Position numbers and translations under genes: made by a program. 64,000 nt of DNA from Octopus bimaculoides (taxonomy: Eukaryota), in assembly GCF_001194135.2 (NCBI RefSeq), contig NC_068993.1:3564986-3628985 (forward strand), read 5' to 3'. Below, piece by piece: positions 12,855 through 27,250 of the stretch. The first letter of the stretch is position 1; each line of letters starts with the position of its first letter. The notes under the pieces were generated by a model, which worked only from the letters and a program-made list of their open reading frames with translations, made no database searches and was not told the origin of the DNA.

Positions 12855-14462
12855 AGAGCAGAGTGCGTTTGTTTAAATCAAAGTTTCAGAATTTTAAAAT
12901 CAGCAAAACTACTTTATATTTATAGTGTTTTTACTTTATTTCTGTCATGTTTGTATTAGACTAAGTCAATTAGCTGAAATTTCCTGACATTACGACCAAA
13001 TGTGTTCCACTTTTACTTCTAATTATTGAAATACAAAAACAGCTCCGTTCACATAACTTTATACGGCTAAGCCAGACATCCTGCATTGCATTTTTTTTAC
13101 TGCTGGGAAAGTTATATCCGATATTACATGGTAACTAATCTTTAAAATCGAAATAACACATTTGAATTTCTCATTCGAATTATATTTTCATTCATTTATT
13201 TAATAATTTATTCATTTGCTTAATGATGTAGAGGTTGTTAATTCTTGCTTACCTGCGCAATACAGTGACAGTTACATGTACATACTTACATCTATACTTA
13301 TATATTTTAATTTTGTGACGTCTTTACCCAGACGAAGAACTCTATCCGAAACGTTTGCTACGCCTTACCCACAGGTATTTTACTCTACTATTTCTCTCAC
13401 CTTTTCCAAACAATATAAATTTTTCTCGGATTCTTATTTAATCTCATACATCCGGGCGCGTGCAGTCCGCGCACACATACACACACACGTACGCGTATAC
13501 GTACACACACGCATCATTGTGACAGCAAAGTAACCGAAGTGCCTGCAGTGCTTTCAGTCAGAACCGATATCCTGAAATGCAGTTAGTCTCGGAATTCATT
13601 GTCTTAAAATTTACTTTTATATCAATAATATTATAGGAAATTCCGTACAGCTATATAATAAATTTTAAGCATGAAATTGATAAAGAAAACTCATTAAATT
13701 TTCGAAATTCCATTTTCAATTTCATAGGTTGGTATGTATAACGATATATGACAGGAGAATAGAGAAATTTATTGACTGTTTATGATAACAGCACTGCTGC
13801 TCTGCTGTTGAGCAGTTTATTCAAATATTTAACCAGTTCACCATCTGGTTGAAAAGTCAAATAAAGTTTATTTTCTGGCTAAAGATTTAATTTTTTATCA
13901 GTCTTATCAGAGAAACTTATATTCTTTTATTCTTTTAACAAAAGTTTACGAAAGTGATAGCGGGCATCAACTTCCATACAGACACCATCATATCACATTT
14001 AGAGTTATGCTGGAGAAGAGATAACACCAATTGCTTAATAACAAAGACGACGATAATTTTTTTCCAAATTATATCTTCTGAGGATTTTATCTTTTAATAG
14101 TTCTAGGTCAAAGAACAACGTTAGTTATAATCAGCATATTGCTTATCATGTCTAATGTTTCAGGAATCAATCATAATGTCTAAATACATTCAAGAACATA
14201 GATTTCTATTGCTTTTTTTCTTTTAGTTTTTCGATTGTTACTTTGAATTCCAAACAACTCTTCCCTTTTGTTTGTTGTACTCTCAGAAATAGAGTTCTTA
14301 AGCTAGACGCAAGAAAGTCCAGATCGATTATGTTAACCTTGATTTAAATATTGGACACTTTGAATATTCAGCTTACTTTGTGATCTCTAAATAAATTCTT
14401 CCACATTTTGCACACAATTGTGTAATCCAAAGATCTAGGGGAAAATTAGTTTTCTATTGTAG

Positions 14463-14558
14463 TTCTTCTTCTTCTTCTTCTTCTTCTTCTTCTTCTTCTT
14501 CTTCTTCTTCTTCTTCTTCTTCTTCTTCTTCTTCTTCTTCTTCTTCTTCTTCTTCTTC
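14463..14558. repeat. (CTT)n microsatellite
   Basis: Direct reading. Confidence 0.98.
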
Positions 14559-15979
14559 AGAGTCTGTCGTCGAACCACATCCACTTTAAAGAAAGAAAAC
14601 TCACTTTGTGCCTAAATTAGAAACAATTATGATTCAATTTTGTACATTGTGAGTTCAAATCTCTTGCCAAGGTACACGTTGCTATTCAGTTCTCTGGTTG
14701 CGTTGGAAGATCGATAAAATAAAGTAATAATCCGATACTTTGGCTGTTGTAATCGACTGACACCTTCTGAAATTTCCAACCTTGTGTCTACGTTTGTAAA
14801 AGTGGGTCGTTGTGGTTGACGAGGTAATAAACTGAATGATTAAAGAGCTAGAAAATACCTTGGGATATAATATTTTGACTCTTTTCCGTCTGTGTCTGGT
14901 CTCTCCGATGTTAGCCTTGCATTTCATCCATTCAGAATAGATAAATTCATGTAGCAGTATTGGAATTGCCGCAATGGACTTTCTTTCCTTCACAAAATTG
15001 CTGGCTTTGCATCTACATGAAAAAATCAGTTATTAAGTGAATGTAATTTCCACTGGATGCTAGTCGTTTCTCTTACCGAAAAACACTCAAAATTAAACAA
15101 TCCATATCGAAAATAATTCCCTTCACCTTTGATGTTAGTAGTTTTTCCAGGATACAAAATGCTCGAGGAATTTCCTTCGTGTGATAGAATTACGGGAGAT
15201 ACATAAACTTTATAGGACCTGATATTTATGGATTTTTGTCAGTGCCTTATTTTAATTACTCTGGTCAAAGTGTGGTCAACTAAATTCGTATCTCAACAGA
15301 GCAAATTTCAGAAGTATCAACAATTGCAGATAAACTGAAGTGCTTAATCCATGATGTTTAAAATGTTTGGTGTATTTGGACCAATTGCCATACATTTCTT
15401 GATCCTTTCATTTTGTTAAATAAAAATATTTATTGAGATTTGGGAAAGCACGTCGCTGTCCTAGCATCTCATCCTCCCGATAATTCTTTGATATAAAATA
15501 AACTTAATAGAAGCTTTTTCTTTCATATCATTTTAGTGTCTCGAAATTGTAATTCGTTATGATTTGATATTATTTAAGAAAGTATAAAATATATTTGTGT
15601 CATTTTTGCATTTATAGAAAACACACTTTATAATTAACATATCATTAGTAAGATATTATTTAAAAGAAGAGAAATACGCAAAGTGCATTTTTTTTATTTC
15701 TCAAACACTCAAGTAAAAACAAAGACGTGTGAAAGGTGTGGGTATGGCAACGACTCATATACACGGAGTCTGCAAATATTGGTTATGAGCAGGATGCCAC
15801 GAAAATTATGAAGACATGCCTTAATTTTTTTAACACTGAATGGTAAACAATTCTACAGAGATGATTACAAGAAGAGATGATTAAAAAAAGAAATGATTGC
15901 AAACATTAACCATAAACATCAACAGAAGAATATTTCAAGATGAATCGTTATCACCATTCTTTTCTTTCTGTCTACTGCA

Positions 15980-17130
15980 GACACACATAATGAAGACATG
16001 AAATCGAATTGAAGACAGATACAAATCCTGCATGAGGGTGAGCAAGAATCTACTATATATAGATGACCTCAGATTGTACACAACAAATAACAAACAAGCA
16101 GGAAAACCGTTACATAATCTACGCAGATTTACCAGAGGAACGGAGAACACAGTGGATTAGAAATATTGGCAAAGGTAAATTTGGAGAGGAGAAATATAAT
16201 TAAGACAGTATCATGCTTGATAAAGACATAAGACAATTAAATCAAGCGCAGAATTACAAATGCAGGGGAATTTAATGAACAAGACAACGTATAACACACG
16301 CAAATGGGTGTGAATATGACGAAGATATATTAGAGATATATTAGATTAATAATTGATACAGAAATAATGCAACGATTAAGGTAATAGGTAGCAAGCTGTT
16401 GTTGTCCTACAGTAATAAGTTATAAATATTGTATCCTTAGGTGGAGTCTGAATAATTCAGAAGATGCAGCAGAAATAAAAATTAAATATTTAGAATATGC
16501 TGTTCCATATCGGTGGTAGGATATAATTATTTCATTACGAATACTCGGTGGTAGGATCGTATACAACTAGAAATCTATCGCATTATCAGGTGCAAGATTA
16601 TAAAAAATAGCTTGTGAAGAAAAATGAGAATCTTATACAAATAGCTAAAACCCTCGATAAAAAACACAACTGATTTCCGTGGAAACCAAGAATGCGAAGA
16701 CTGTTGGGTACCAGATAGTTTGTGAGACAAAAATGAAGCAGTTAAGAACTTCGTATATATTTGAATACAACAAAGGAATTACCGATTCTTAATGCTTTAG
16801 TAAAGTAGATGGAAGAATAATGCCCCAAACATAGATAATATTTGAAGAGTTGAGCAGTACCTAAATCGAAAACTATTGCAAAGAAAATGTCTTAGAGTTG
16901 AGATTAAAGAATTCTTGCTTGCATGAGAGAATCAAAGACTCCCTACCAGAGCCACTAAAAGTATATACAGAAGCAGTATATTACCAAATAATTGAATAAT
17001 GCATAGCGTTAGGGAGGAAAAAACTTAACAGCAGTGACTCTGGCTTACAAGTTTTAGACGAGGGTATTTATCTGACACATGAGAGATTTTCTGTTTCAAT
17101 GCACCAAAAATTATGCCAATTATATAATAT
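15980..17130 (+). mobile_element. Decayed R4/Dong-like non-LTR retrotransposon RT fragment
   Basis: NLLYIDDLRLYTTNNKQ at ~16047-16097 resembles HLLYMDDLKLY, with a later LRILGGRIV resembling GGRGL. Many stops and frameshifts. Confidence 0.78.
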
Positions 17131-17132
17131 AC

Positions 17133-17205
17133 AGACATGTTATGTCGACTTTGCTTTTCATACTTTTGGAGTCGATAGAATTAGTATTAGTCGAACGTTC
17201 GAGTC
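17133..17205 (+). mobile_element. SINE fragment
   Basis: GTCGACTTTGCTTTTCATACTTTTGGAGTCGATA resembles the SINE body at 45723-45760. Confidence 0.55.
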
Positions 17206-17214
17206 TAACATATT

Positions 17215-18030
17215 GACTATCACCTATCCCAAAATGCCTGGCCATTTATGTTGAAGAACTCTATGCATCTGTATTGTAAAACTCTATAAGAGTTTCTCAG
17301 TTTGATTATCTAAAACCTTATCTAGTTTGTGCTGATACCATTTCTCAGTGGCTGGAAACCCATATTTCTTGCATAAAGACGAGTGGATAGCAAGCACACT
17401 TTATACTGATACCTCTTCAATTCTATCGGCACAAGCACTCACAGTGTGTGTCACACTCTCCACCTTATTTCCACATAACCTACGCTTATTCATTTCTTCT
17501 AAGTTATACATATTCCCTAACGAGTTTCCTTATCGAGTTTCCTGAGTAACCAACAACAAACTTCCTCTGTCTTTCTCTAAAGATCATCTTTTTGTTAACC
17601 AATTCCATAAAGATTCTGCTATTGGTTCCTCCGTTTCTTTTTCGAATTGACCTTGCAATTCTATAATCTCGCTCGTAATGCGTTTCTCAACTTGTAGTCT
17701 CTCTCTGTAATTTTTAATAGTTTTGGTGCATAAGCCTCTGTTTTTGGCAACACTCCTTAAAAATTCTTCTGTACCACTGGCAACATGCATATCTAAAGAC
17801 TTGCATTAACTAGCCACATAATCGCTTAAACTTATAAATACCCGTCCTCGTACGTTCCACGATATATATATATATATATCCTGATAACTTTTGCCTTTGG
17901 GTGCAATGCATACTTGTCAAGCATTGTCTTCCGTGTTATCTTATCCAACGTATCCATCTCCAATTCAAAGCAAGCACATTCTATCATTTGGTTGATAACA
18001 CCTAAAAGAATGTGCTTCTTTTCCATTCGC
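17215..18030 (-). mobile_element. R4/Dong-like non-LTR retrotransposon C-terminal fragment (zinc knuckle and start of REL endonuclease)
   Basis: Minus strand LDKITRKTMLDKYALHPKA, LQGQF, SLWNWLTK, RRLCGNKVESVTHTVSAC (CCHC-type) and SLCKKYGFPATEKWYQHK...VLQHKWPGI. Confidence 0.88.
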
Positions 18031-18152
18031 CAAAGTGTATAGAGATTTGACTAGGAGGAACTGATGCCAATATATACATACATACATATATATGTGTGCG
18101 TGTGCATATATATAAATACATAAGCATATATATATATATATANNNNNNNNNN

Positions 18153-18184
<32 letters not shown>

Positions 18185-19450
18185 CATACACCTATATGAG
18201 AATTAAATAACTACAACCGTCGCCGCCGCCGCCGCCGCCGCCACCACCGCTGATAACAGAACCCGGATCTCAGCAACTAACCAACGGATAGCTGCTTCGT
18301 CAGTTGAAGCGCTTGAAAAAGCAGCTAAACATCTATTAAACAATCGTTCTTTCATCATCAACAAAGAAGGGCACATTGTTTTATATGGTTCAATATATAT
18401 TTTGAAAGAAGCAAAGATGGTTATGTCATAGCTAGAAATATAATAAGGAAATCTGCTACAGCGAGGTCTGTGTGGGTGTGGGGGACATACCCGAGTTAAA
18501 AAGCAACAACAACAGATACAAAAGTAATAAAAACAGCAGCCATTTTTCTTTTTTTTGTTTTCTAATGTAATCATTAAATAGGTTTCTATGGCAACTGAGT
18601 CTATCTGTTTCTAAAATTTATTAAAAAGAAATTGCATTATTAAAATTTGAAACGTCTTTGGTTATGAGGCTGTACCTGGGGTTAAACATCAATTGAACGT
18701 TTCTATATATTCGGAATGAGTTTATATAACATCAATATGATAGTTGATCATTTATTATCAATTGCAATACTCTATTCTGGTTCATCCAGTTCTTCTTTGA
18801 ATAGAAATTGGTTTCATTTCTAATATATTTGCTAGATTATTTATTAAATGCCAGTATGTTTTTCCGGAATAGTAAAAACAGCAACCAAATGACAAAGAGG
18901 AGTCGGTCATTCAATAAAAATACGATTTTTGGCTGGGCCCAATACTTATAGTGGTAAATCTATATTTGTACTGTACATTCGCTGAAGAAAGAAGCAAAGC
19001 TTATTTAGAAATGTCCAAAACGTAAGCCCTAACTGTAAGGCACATCCATAATTTTATTCCATAACTAATATGCCAAACAGCGACACCAGATACGTGGCCA
19101 TATTTGCATTCTCATGAATAAATAAAGTATGGAGATATAAAATATGAAAATATCTCAAATTTATGCTAAGAATTCCTGGTGTCTTCATAACATTTATGGA
19201 ATTTCAGCTTGTATTTGATGAGAACGAATTTCTCACATTGTGGAGATGTGCTTTATGAAGTGTCAGAATTATGCGGTTATTTGACAGGGAATTATAGCGA
19301 GTGAAAGCTATATCTGCGTAAAAGAAATGAGCTCAATATTATTAGCCATCAAATATGATGAATGCGCGCGTTAGAAACACAGAGGATTTGTGTTATCAGA
19401 AAAAGACTTGGTATTAAACTCATTGGGTTACCGCATGATATATAAACAGA

Positions 19451-19536
<86 letters not shown>

Positions 19537-22500
19537 ATGAGAACGCATATGTTAGTTGAGGTGAAGCATGTTGACAAGTAGTTTGATAGTAGCTTTGAGA
19601 CAATGGTATGCAGTAGATACTTAACATTTTACAATGATAGGTAATAGAGTAAGCGTCACCAGAACAGAAAGTATAGATTTATTCGCCTTCGAATGAATAT
19701 TAAATCAATATTTTAAAGTGTAAAACATTCTATTTCACTAAAGAATCATTCCATTTCTGTTGCTGCCATAGGCGTAGGGATAGGCTTTCCAATATGAAAT
19801 CGAGAATGAGCAATAATAGTAGCAATCTCATGACTTTTTAAGTCTAAAGACCAATTCATTTTCTATTTGGTCAGTATATCACTATGTGGAAGAAATTATT
19901 TATTAATTAATCTCACCGTCACGTTAATCGTGGTACATAATTCAGTGGTTAATAAATTCTGTCTGTTGGCTGAAATCGAAATCAAAACATAAACTACGTA
20001 GTAATTTTAATCCTGTTCACTACCGCTGAGTGATACACCATTATCACACAGATTCAGCATGATTTCGTTAAATGATGTATGCAAACGTCGAAATGATGAC
20101 GATATGAAAACGTAAAAGGTAAATTACGAATATTATAATGTCACAAATTTTATCAAATATTCACTCATTTATCAATTCTTTCATTAATTAATAATCATCA
20201 TTCTCTGATTCAAAATATAATTAATTTCCCAACAATCCGTAATGTTAGTTTTATAAAACATAATTCCTGGTAACACTCTCTTCTCTGTGAAACCATATAT
20301 GTGACATTACGAGATCAAATCTATTTGTATTCTTTCAAAGCACACAAACTAGGTTTAGGTTTTGCTTTATTTGTAAATCTTGCTATGTTTTTAAAGATTT
20401 GATGCAGAACTGTGTCTCTCTACTGAACCTATTTACTGATTTCGTTAACTAGAAAACATAATTAATCCTCACAGAAATCTATTTTAAACCTAGATAAGAA
20501 TAATATGAATTCGGCACAACAGAGAAGTTGTTCCAGGTTATTCCGAGAGTTTTCCTCCTTTAAAACCAAACAAACGAACTACCCTGCTATTACGTTTTCC
20601 ACGTAACTCCAAGGCATACACATTATAAACACATTACAGTAACTTATACATTAGATTCTATTTAGCGTTGTCTGAATTCATATTCTTATCCAAGTGGTCT
20701 GGAAGAAACTCTGTAAATGCGACTCGATACCAGTGAATTTTGTGTTTTCTTTGGGTGTGGTCCTAGATAACTGTGTATATATGCGTGTGAAGGCATATGT
20801 CTGTGTGTTACAGCGAAACTGTCCTAGATGTAGTACGAGAAGTATTGTTGCCACAACAATATTAGTACAACGTCGTCGGTTTCACTTGACTGTTTTCGAT
20901 GATATCAGTTCATGCAGATTGGATTTGCTTCTGGTCCTAAATACGAATGCCAGTATTCAAAGGGACCTTATTTATCGCTGTAAACATTCCTCTTCAAGAG
21001 TTGCAAGTTTAGGTGTCCCTGAAAAAGTCATGTAAAACAAATGAATTCGAGAAGGGTGTATTCTGGGATTAAGTTACGGAGAGGAGAAGTTAGTGGGGTG
21101 GCTAATGAATGAACAAGCCTTGGGAGGAGAAAGGGAGAGTCATGAGTGACTCTTAAGGGGTTTCAGTGGAGGAACAGGAGGAATCTGATCAACTGGCACC
21201 GGGTGATGATTTTGTAACAGTGATTTATAAGATAAGAATAAAAACTTGTTTGTGCGTGTGTTTGAGAAGAATTTCTTGCCAGTCAGTTCAGTCACGACTT
21301 TGTGGATGCCATCTTGGTTATATATCTGTGTAAGCGACAACATCGTAGAAATGGCAACAGAACAACGCTGCGGTTCTTATTCGAGATTTGTCGACGTTTA
21401 AGCCCGTGGAGTTGCTTTCAAATAGTTCTTGATTCTGAAAAAACAAAAAACAAAATCACACCAATATTTCTAATGCAGTATTTACTCTCATTGAAAAGTA
21501 TTTACATGCACCTCGCTGATCATATAACCATTTCAGAACATACTATCCTAGATATGATTATTGCAATCACTTATTTTCTGTTTTAAATTTTGTAAAAATA
21601 TTCAACATATTCTGTCTTAAAACAGTGTTTAAACATGCTTATAATATATAGGATCAGTTTTTCCTGATTATATACGGGTAATTTCATTTGACTTGTCGAT
21701 GGCCAATATCTCCTCTTGCGTTAGACAGGGCACAACAACGGACAGCATAAATATCACATCAATAAAGGATTCTTATGATTTTCGGACCATTATTGTGCCA
21801 TTCAAATCCAATAACATCTGCGATAGCAACATCTCAAGGGAGAATTTCGGTGGCCTGTGGGATTTACAACGTAAACCTTCCCTTAAAGCATATCAAAGCA
21901 GTATTCCAGTTAAGATAAAATCTAATTCCTTATGAAAATTTAACTCGCAGGAAATTTCAAGCAAACGCTGACAGGAAAATAAAACTAGTTTACAAACTTG
22001 TGTCAAACTAATTTCCGTTTCTCTCTTTAGAAAAAGGAACCGCTATATACACCCATTTTCAAACCCAACTCATCAATGAATTTTTTCAAATGAAATCCCT
22101 TTAGAAACATATTTTACGTTTCATCATATATGGCTAGAAATTGAGTATTTCTACTTGAAATCTATATCTATCGTTCAACTCCAAACATTTGGCATCATGC
22201 CAAAGACTAAGATGTTATCATACACTGCTGCAGATGCTTTCCCTTCCACACGTTCCGGGTCAGACTGATTCCTTCACCACATTTTGGTGTGGTGATAATA
22301 GAATTGAATCAGAGCCATAGTGTTAGCTTATACTTATATCATAGCCTAGACAGATAATAGAACAATGTTACATTTTGTTTGGAGTGCACAAAATCTGCCA
22401 GAATATACAAGAAACCGATCAAACAACATAATATCTTTACTGATAAAATCAATATGAAATGTTCTTGTGGCGATTATGCTATTTCTAATGTTTATTTTTA

Positions 22501-23878
22501 CCAAAAAAATGTTTGTTACTCTAAATGTATCTATTGTTGAGGTAGCTGTTGCAACGTGGACGGTCGTATAATCTGAGTTTCCGTATAACTTGCATATCCT
22601 ATCTTGAGCGGTTCAGATTGTAGATTTGCCGTATGTTCTACCCTACATTCATATATCGTCTGTTGGTGAATCAAAAAGAATTAGATTATTAGTTTATTTA
22701 TAATGTTAGCAAAAAGTGTATACCATTTAAGTACTTCGTTAATACAAAGACAATCATTAAATATAAAAAGTAATTCATGACTCATTAACTATTCCTCCAG
22801 CTATTATTACAATAATTTCGACATTCATATGGGTGTAAGGAGTTCAAAACTAGGAACAGAGTGTTCAATAATAAAATATTGCGAAATACAGATACAAGAA
22901 GAAAAATAATCAAACAAAAAAACATAATTAAAATGAAATCCAAAATTAACAAAGGCTTAATTATTGAATTAACGACGGCTGTATCACATTTAGAGAGTGC
23001 TATAGATGTACAACACGTTCACTATGCACACAAAAACACACACACTCACACACATACACACACACGTAGAAATGCACGCACGCGTGAAGACACACAGTAT
23101 ATATGTACATATATATGTATATATATATATATATATTTGTTTTGCAAGATTTTTTTTTTATGTGAAATCGTGTGTTGAAACAGATGTTGTTGTACTTGGG
23201 GATGGTCATATTGCCAGTTTAGCCAATAAAAACACACGCACTGTATATTTGGTGTTAATTNNNNNNNNNNNNNNNNNNNNNNNNNNNNNNNNNNNNNNNN
23301 NNNNNNNNNNNNNNNNNNNNNNNNNNNNNNNNNNNNNNNNNNNNNNNNNNNNNNNNNNNNNNNNNNNNNNNNNNNNNNNNNNNNNNNNNNNNNNNNNNNN
23401 NNNNNNNNNNNNNNNNNNNNNNNNNNNNNNNNNNNNNNNNNNNNNNNNNNNNNNNNNNNNNNNNNNNNNNNNNNNNNNNNNNNNNNNNNNNNNNNNNNNN
23501 NNNNNNNNNNNNNNNNNNNNNNNNNNNNNNNNNNNNNNNNNNNNNNNNNNNNNNNNNNNNNNNNNNNNNNNNNNNNNNNNNNNNNNNNNNNNNNNNNNNN
23601 NNNNNNNNNNNNNNNNNNNNNNNNNNNNNNNNNNNNNNNNNNNNNNNNNNNNNNNNNNNNNNNNNNNNNNNNNNNNNNNNNNNNNNNNNNNNNNNNNNNN
23701 NNNNNNNNNNNNNNNNNNNNNNNNNNNNNNNNNNNNNNNNNNNNNNNNNNNNNNNNNNNNNNNNNNNNNNNNNNNNNNNNNNNNNNNNNNNNNNNNNNNN
23801 NNNNNNNNNNNNNNNNNNNNNNNNTATATATATGTATGTATGTATACATATAAATGTACGTATACACTCATATCCATG

Positions 23879-23925
<47 letters not shown>

Positions 23926-24949
23926 CAAGAGAGAGAGAGAGCAAGAGAGAGAGCCTATTAATCTCACTATGACAGACGCATGTTCATAAGTATAAAGACA
24001 TTTGTTGATATATTATAGTATTATTATTGTTTATAATAATAATAATAATAATGATGATGATATACTGTTTGCTTCGTATTAGTAACTCGTATCTACCAAG
24101 TGCGCATGAGCCAATGAATGATATATTTGTGATGAATATTCTCTATAAAAAGTACACATATAACAAAACAAAGAACATAGTTGCAATTACAGGCAATTGT
24201 ATTCAATTCATAATACAGTCAAATATTTGAAAGTTGATAAATATATATGCTAAGTATTTACAGAAGCTAGTCGTTCATTTAGTTGTTTCATGAAGTTTTA
24301 CGATATTATTATTTTATTAAGATTAATACTTCAAAGGACAGACATTCGTTTACTTAACTAATTTTCATTTCTTTGTGTTTGTTAGTTTTCGGCAGACGCA
24401 TTGAAATATGAATAGAAATCGATGTTGCAGTATTTTGAACCATTGCGGGAGGTAGACTTCAGTCCAGTGGACGTACTGCTTGTGTTGTAGCTCACACTTA
24501 AAGCTATTTCATATTGTGTTCAGTTATATTTTTCCTGGAAGAAGGCGCTGTGAATGAGAAGAGAAACTTTGACAGGGAGGGACTTCCATAGAAAAAACGT
24601 AGTGATAGAGTTAGAGAAAGCGGTTAGTATAGGGTCTGATGTTTCTCGAGGAGGATATATAGTTATGGAAAGGATCACAATTGAGTTACTAGTTCTTTTT
24701 AGATAGGAACGCATGTTTTACCTTTTCTCTGCTAAACATTGTAAGTAGACGAAGTAAGTAATGGGAATAAAAGAAAACATGTGAAAAATTGATTTTCTAC
24801 AGCAGTTGGTTTTTATTTCTATTAGCTTAAGGAATTCACCCGAAATCTCTGGGCTTCACATGAAGAGATTCATAGAATATTTTGTATAGTCCTCACTTCT
24901 GAAATTATATTTTGTTCATAACGATCTCAACCATTTGTTTATACATCCA

Positions 24950-25405
24950 TAAAGCATGTGGATAGATTTAACCGATTTCATTGGTCCTTTTAATGTTTCT
25001 TACTACTTAGTTGTAATTGACAGTTTCTCTAAATGGCCAGAAAATAAGTGCAAAAAGCCAAATTTCCCAACTATTATAAATCTTTTACACGAATTCTTTG
25101 CAAGATTTGGCATCCCAGTCAAGATAGGGTCTGACAACGGAACGCAATTTGTGTCTAGCGAACTTTAAACAATTTGGAAACGTTCGCGGTAGGACATATA
25201 ACTACGGCGCCATAACTTCCTAGATCTAACGGACTGGCAGAACGCTTTGTCAATACCTTCAAAAGAGCCCTTGGAATATTAAATATGAAGTTACGAATGA
25301 AGTAACTCTACAACAATTTAAAGAGTGCACCATGTGACACCAACTCTGAATGTACCAGCAGGTAGATCCCCAGCGTACAAGGAAACTAAAATCAGTCTTT
25401 GATAT
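24950..25405 (+). mobile_element. Gypsy/Ty3 LTR-retrotransposon integrase fragment
   Basis: DFIGPFNVSYYLVVIDSFSKWPE...FARFGIPVKIGSDNGTQF, and after a frameshift HITTAP*LPRSNGLAERFVNTFKRAL. This is a DDE integrase core. Confidence 0.93.
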
Positions 25406-25633
25406 ATATATATATATGTATGTATATAGATATATAATATCTATATATATATTGATATTCTCATATATATGTATTTATATTGATATGCATATATATATAT
25501 ATATATATGTATGTATATAGATATATAATATCTATATATATATTGATATTCTCATATATATGTATTTATATTGATATGCATATATATATATATATATATG
25601 TATGTATATAGATATATAATATCTATATATATA
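25405..25633. repeat. AT-rich ~91-bp tandem repeat (~2.5 units) running into an N gap
   Basis: GTATGTATATAG recurs at 25418, 25509 and 25600. Confidence 0.85.
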
Positions 25634-25872
25634 NNNNNNNNNNNNNNNNNNNNNNNNNNNNNNNNNNNNNNNNNNNNNNNNNNNNNNNNNNNNNNNNNNN
25701 NNNNNNNNNNNNNNNNNNNNNNNNNNNNNNNNNNNNNNNNNNNNNNNNNNNNNNNNNNNNNNNNNNNNNNNNNNNNNNNNNNNNNNNNNNNNNNNNNNNN
25801 NNNNNNNNNNNNNNNNNNNNNNNNNNNNNNNNNNNNNNNNNNNNNNNNNNNNNNNNNNNNNNNNNNNNNNNN

Positions 25873-25904
<32 letters not shown>

Positions 25905-27084
25905 GCGGGTACGTGTGTTCACCTTTATATAGTTAAAGAGAAAATGTTGTTATATTGTAGTACATATCCAATTATATGTTAGAACATGCCATTGAATGAA
26001 AAACGTATTTCTGAGTTTCTGTATGGAAAGGGTATTCATAATATAACAACTTTGAGTAGTATTTCCTCATTAAATATTATATTCACTATTCGTCTGGAAG
26101 GAAAATGATGCTAATATCATATTGTGACAAGGAACATGAGAGCCGTCTCTAAATAGTCTCCGTCCTTTAGTAAGTGTTAACGTGAATGAATATTCCTCCT
26201 TAGGCGAAGGAATTATTGAGGTTTCCTGTTAACTGCAACTACATGCTATTAAAGAAATGTGAGGCTAACCTACTTCTGAGAATAATGCCACTCTAAAGTT
26301 GATTATATTTCCCGAGTAACTGGAACTTACTTTTAATGAAGACTTTATATAATGTGTCTGGGATAGAAAATTCTGCTCAAATACATTGCAAATGTATCTG
26401 CAAAAGATTTGAACCGTAGATGGGAAACTTCGATTCGATACATCGCAATGTACGTCCAGGTGATAGTTGTTCTTTGTCCGTATATTCATGACTGAAAGTA
26501 AATATAACAAGAGAATTCAGAGAGCGCAAATTTCCACCACGGCAACGTCCTCTCAACGACTAGTGAGAGATGAATTTTAAAATGAGAATAACGGAAATAA
26601 ACTCGAGAACACTAAATATGAACCCGACCACTCTCAACAATTAATTTAGAAAAAAAAAAAGAAAAAAAAGAAAGAAAATAACCCAGAATCCTTGTCCGGT
26701 ACCCGATTGATCCCAATAGTCATTGTGGAATGTGAAGGTGGCAGTAGAAAATTTAGTTACAGTAATAAATAATTTACTCTTATCTAATACAAGCCAAAGT
26801 TAACAAATTCACCAATCAAAATAGTTTGATAGGAATTTTTAAATGTATAGCATGAGACATTTTGATATGTAGGCTAACATTTCTTAATGCATCTTTACAT
26901 AACTTAAAAAAGTAGACAGTGACTGGTAGGATGTTTAATCGTTATATCTATCAGTTAAAAACACAGACGTCATGGAGGCTTCCTTGTTGTGTTTTATTGG
27001 TGATAGTGTAAATCTAGTCCATCGAATTCAATGCTTAATGGCTATTTTGTTAATTTCTACATGGTGTAATTTCGACTCACAACA

Positions 27085-27250
27085 TGAAGGTTGGTTGTGT
27101 GGAAAGATGATTACTTCCAAGCCACATGGTTTCGGGTTCGGTCTCGCTGAGTGGCACCTTGGGAAGTATCTTCTACTATACCCACGTGGTGACCAAAGCC
27201 ATGTGTGTGCATTTAGTAGGCAGAAACTGAAGAAGCCGTGTATGTATATG
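27085..27250 (+). mobile_element. tRNA-derived SINE with microsatellite tail
   Basis: CCACATGGTTTCGGGTTCGGTCTCGCTGAGTGGCACCTTGGGAAGTATCTTCTACTATA contains a B-box-like head, followed by a (TA/TG)n tail. Confidence 0.75.

Noticed and set aside
13320-13360. CAGACGAAG...CCGAAACG (similar at 47840-47870) as hammerhead or Penelope ends
   Set aside because: The core CUGANGA is mutated and no stems could be built; too degenerate to call.
21140-21432. Strong minus-strand acceptor at ~21430 and ORF ending PPVPPLKPLKSHS
   Set aside because: The acceptor frames stop early and do not join the ORF, and no donor or family evidence was found.
27085-27160. tRNA-like sequence
   Set aside because: It is a SINE head with a B-box-like motif and no complete cloverleaf.
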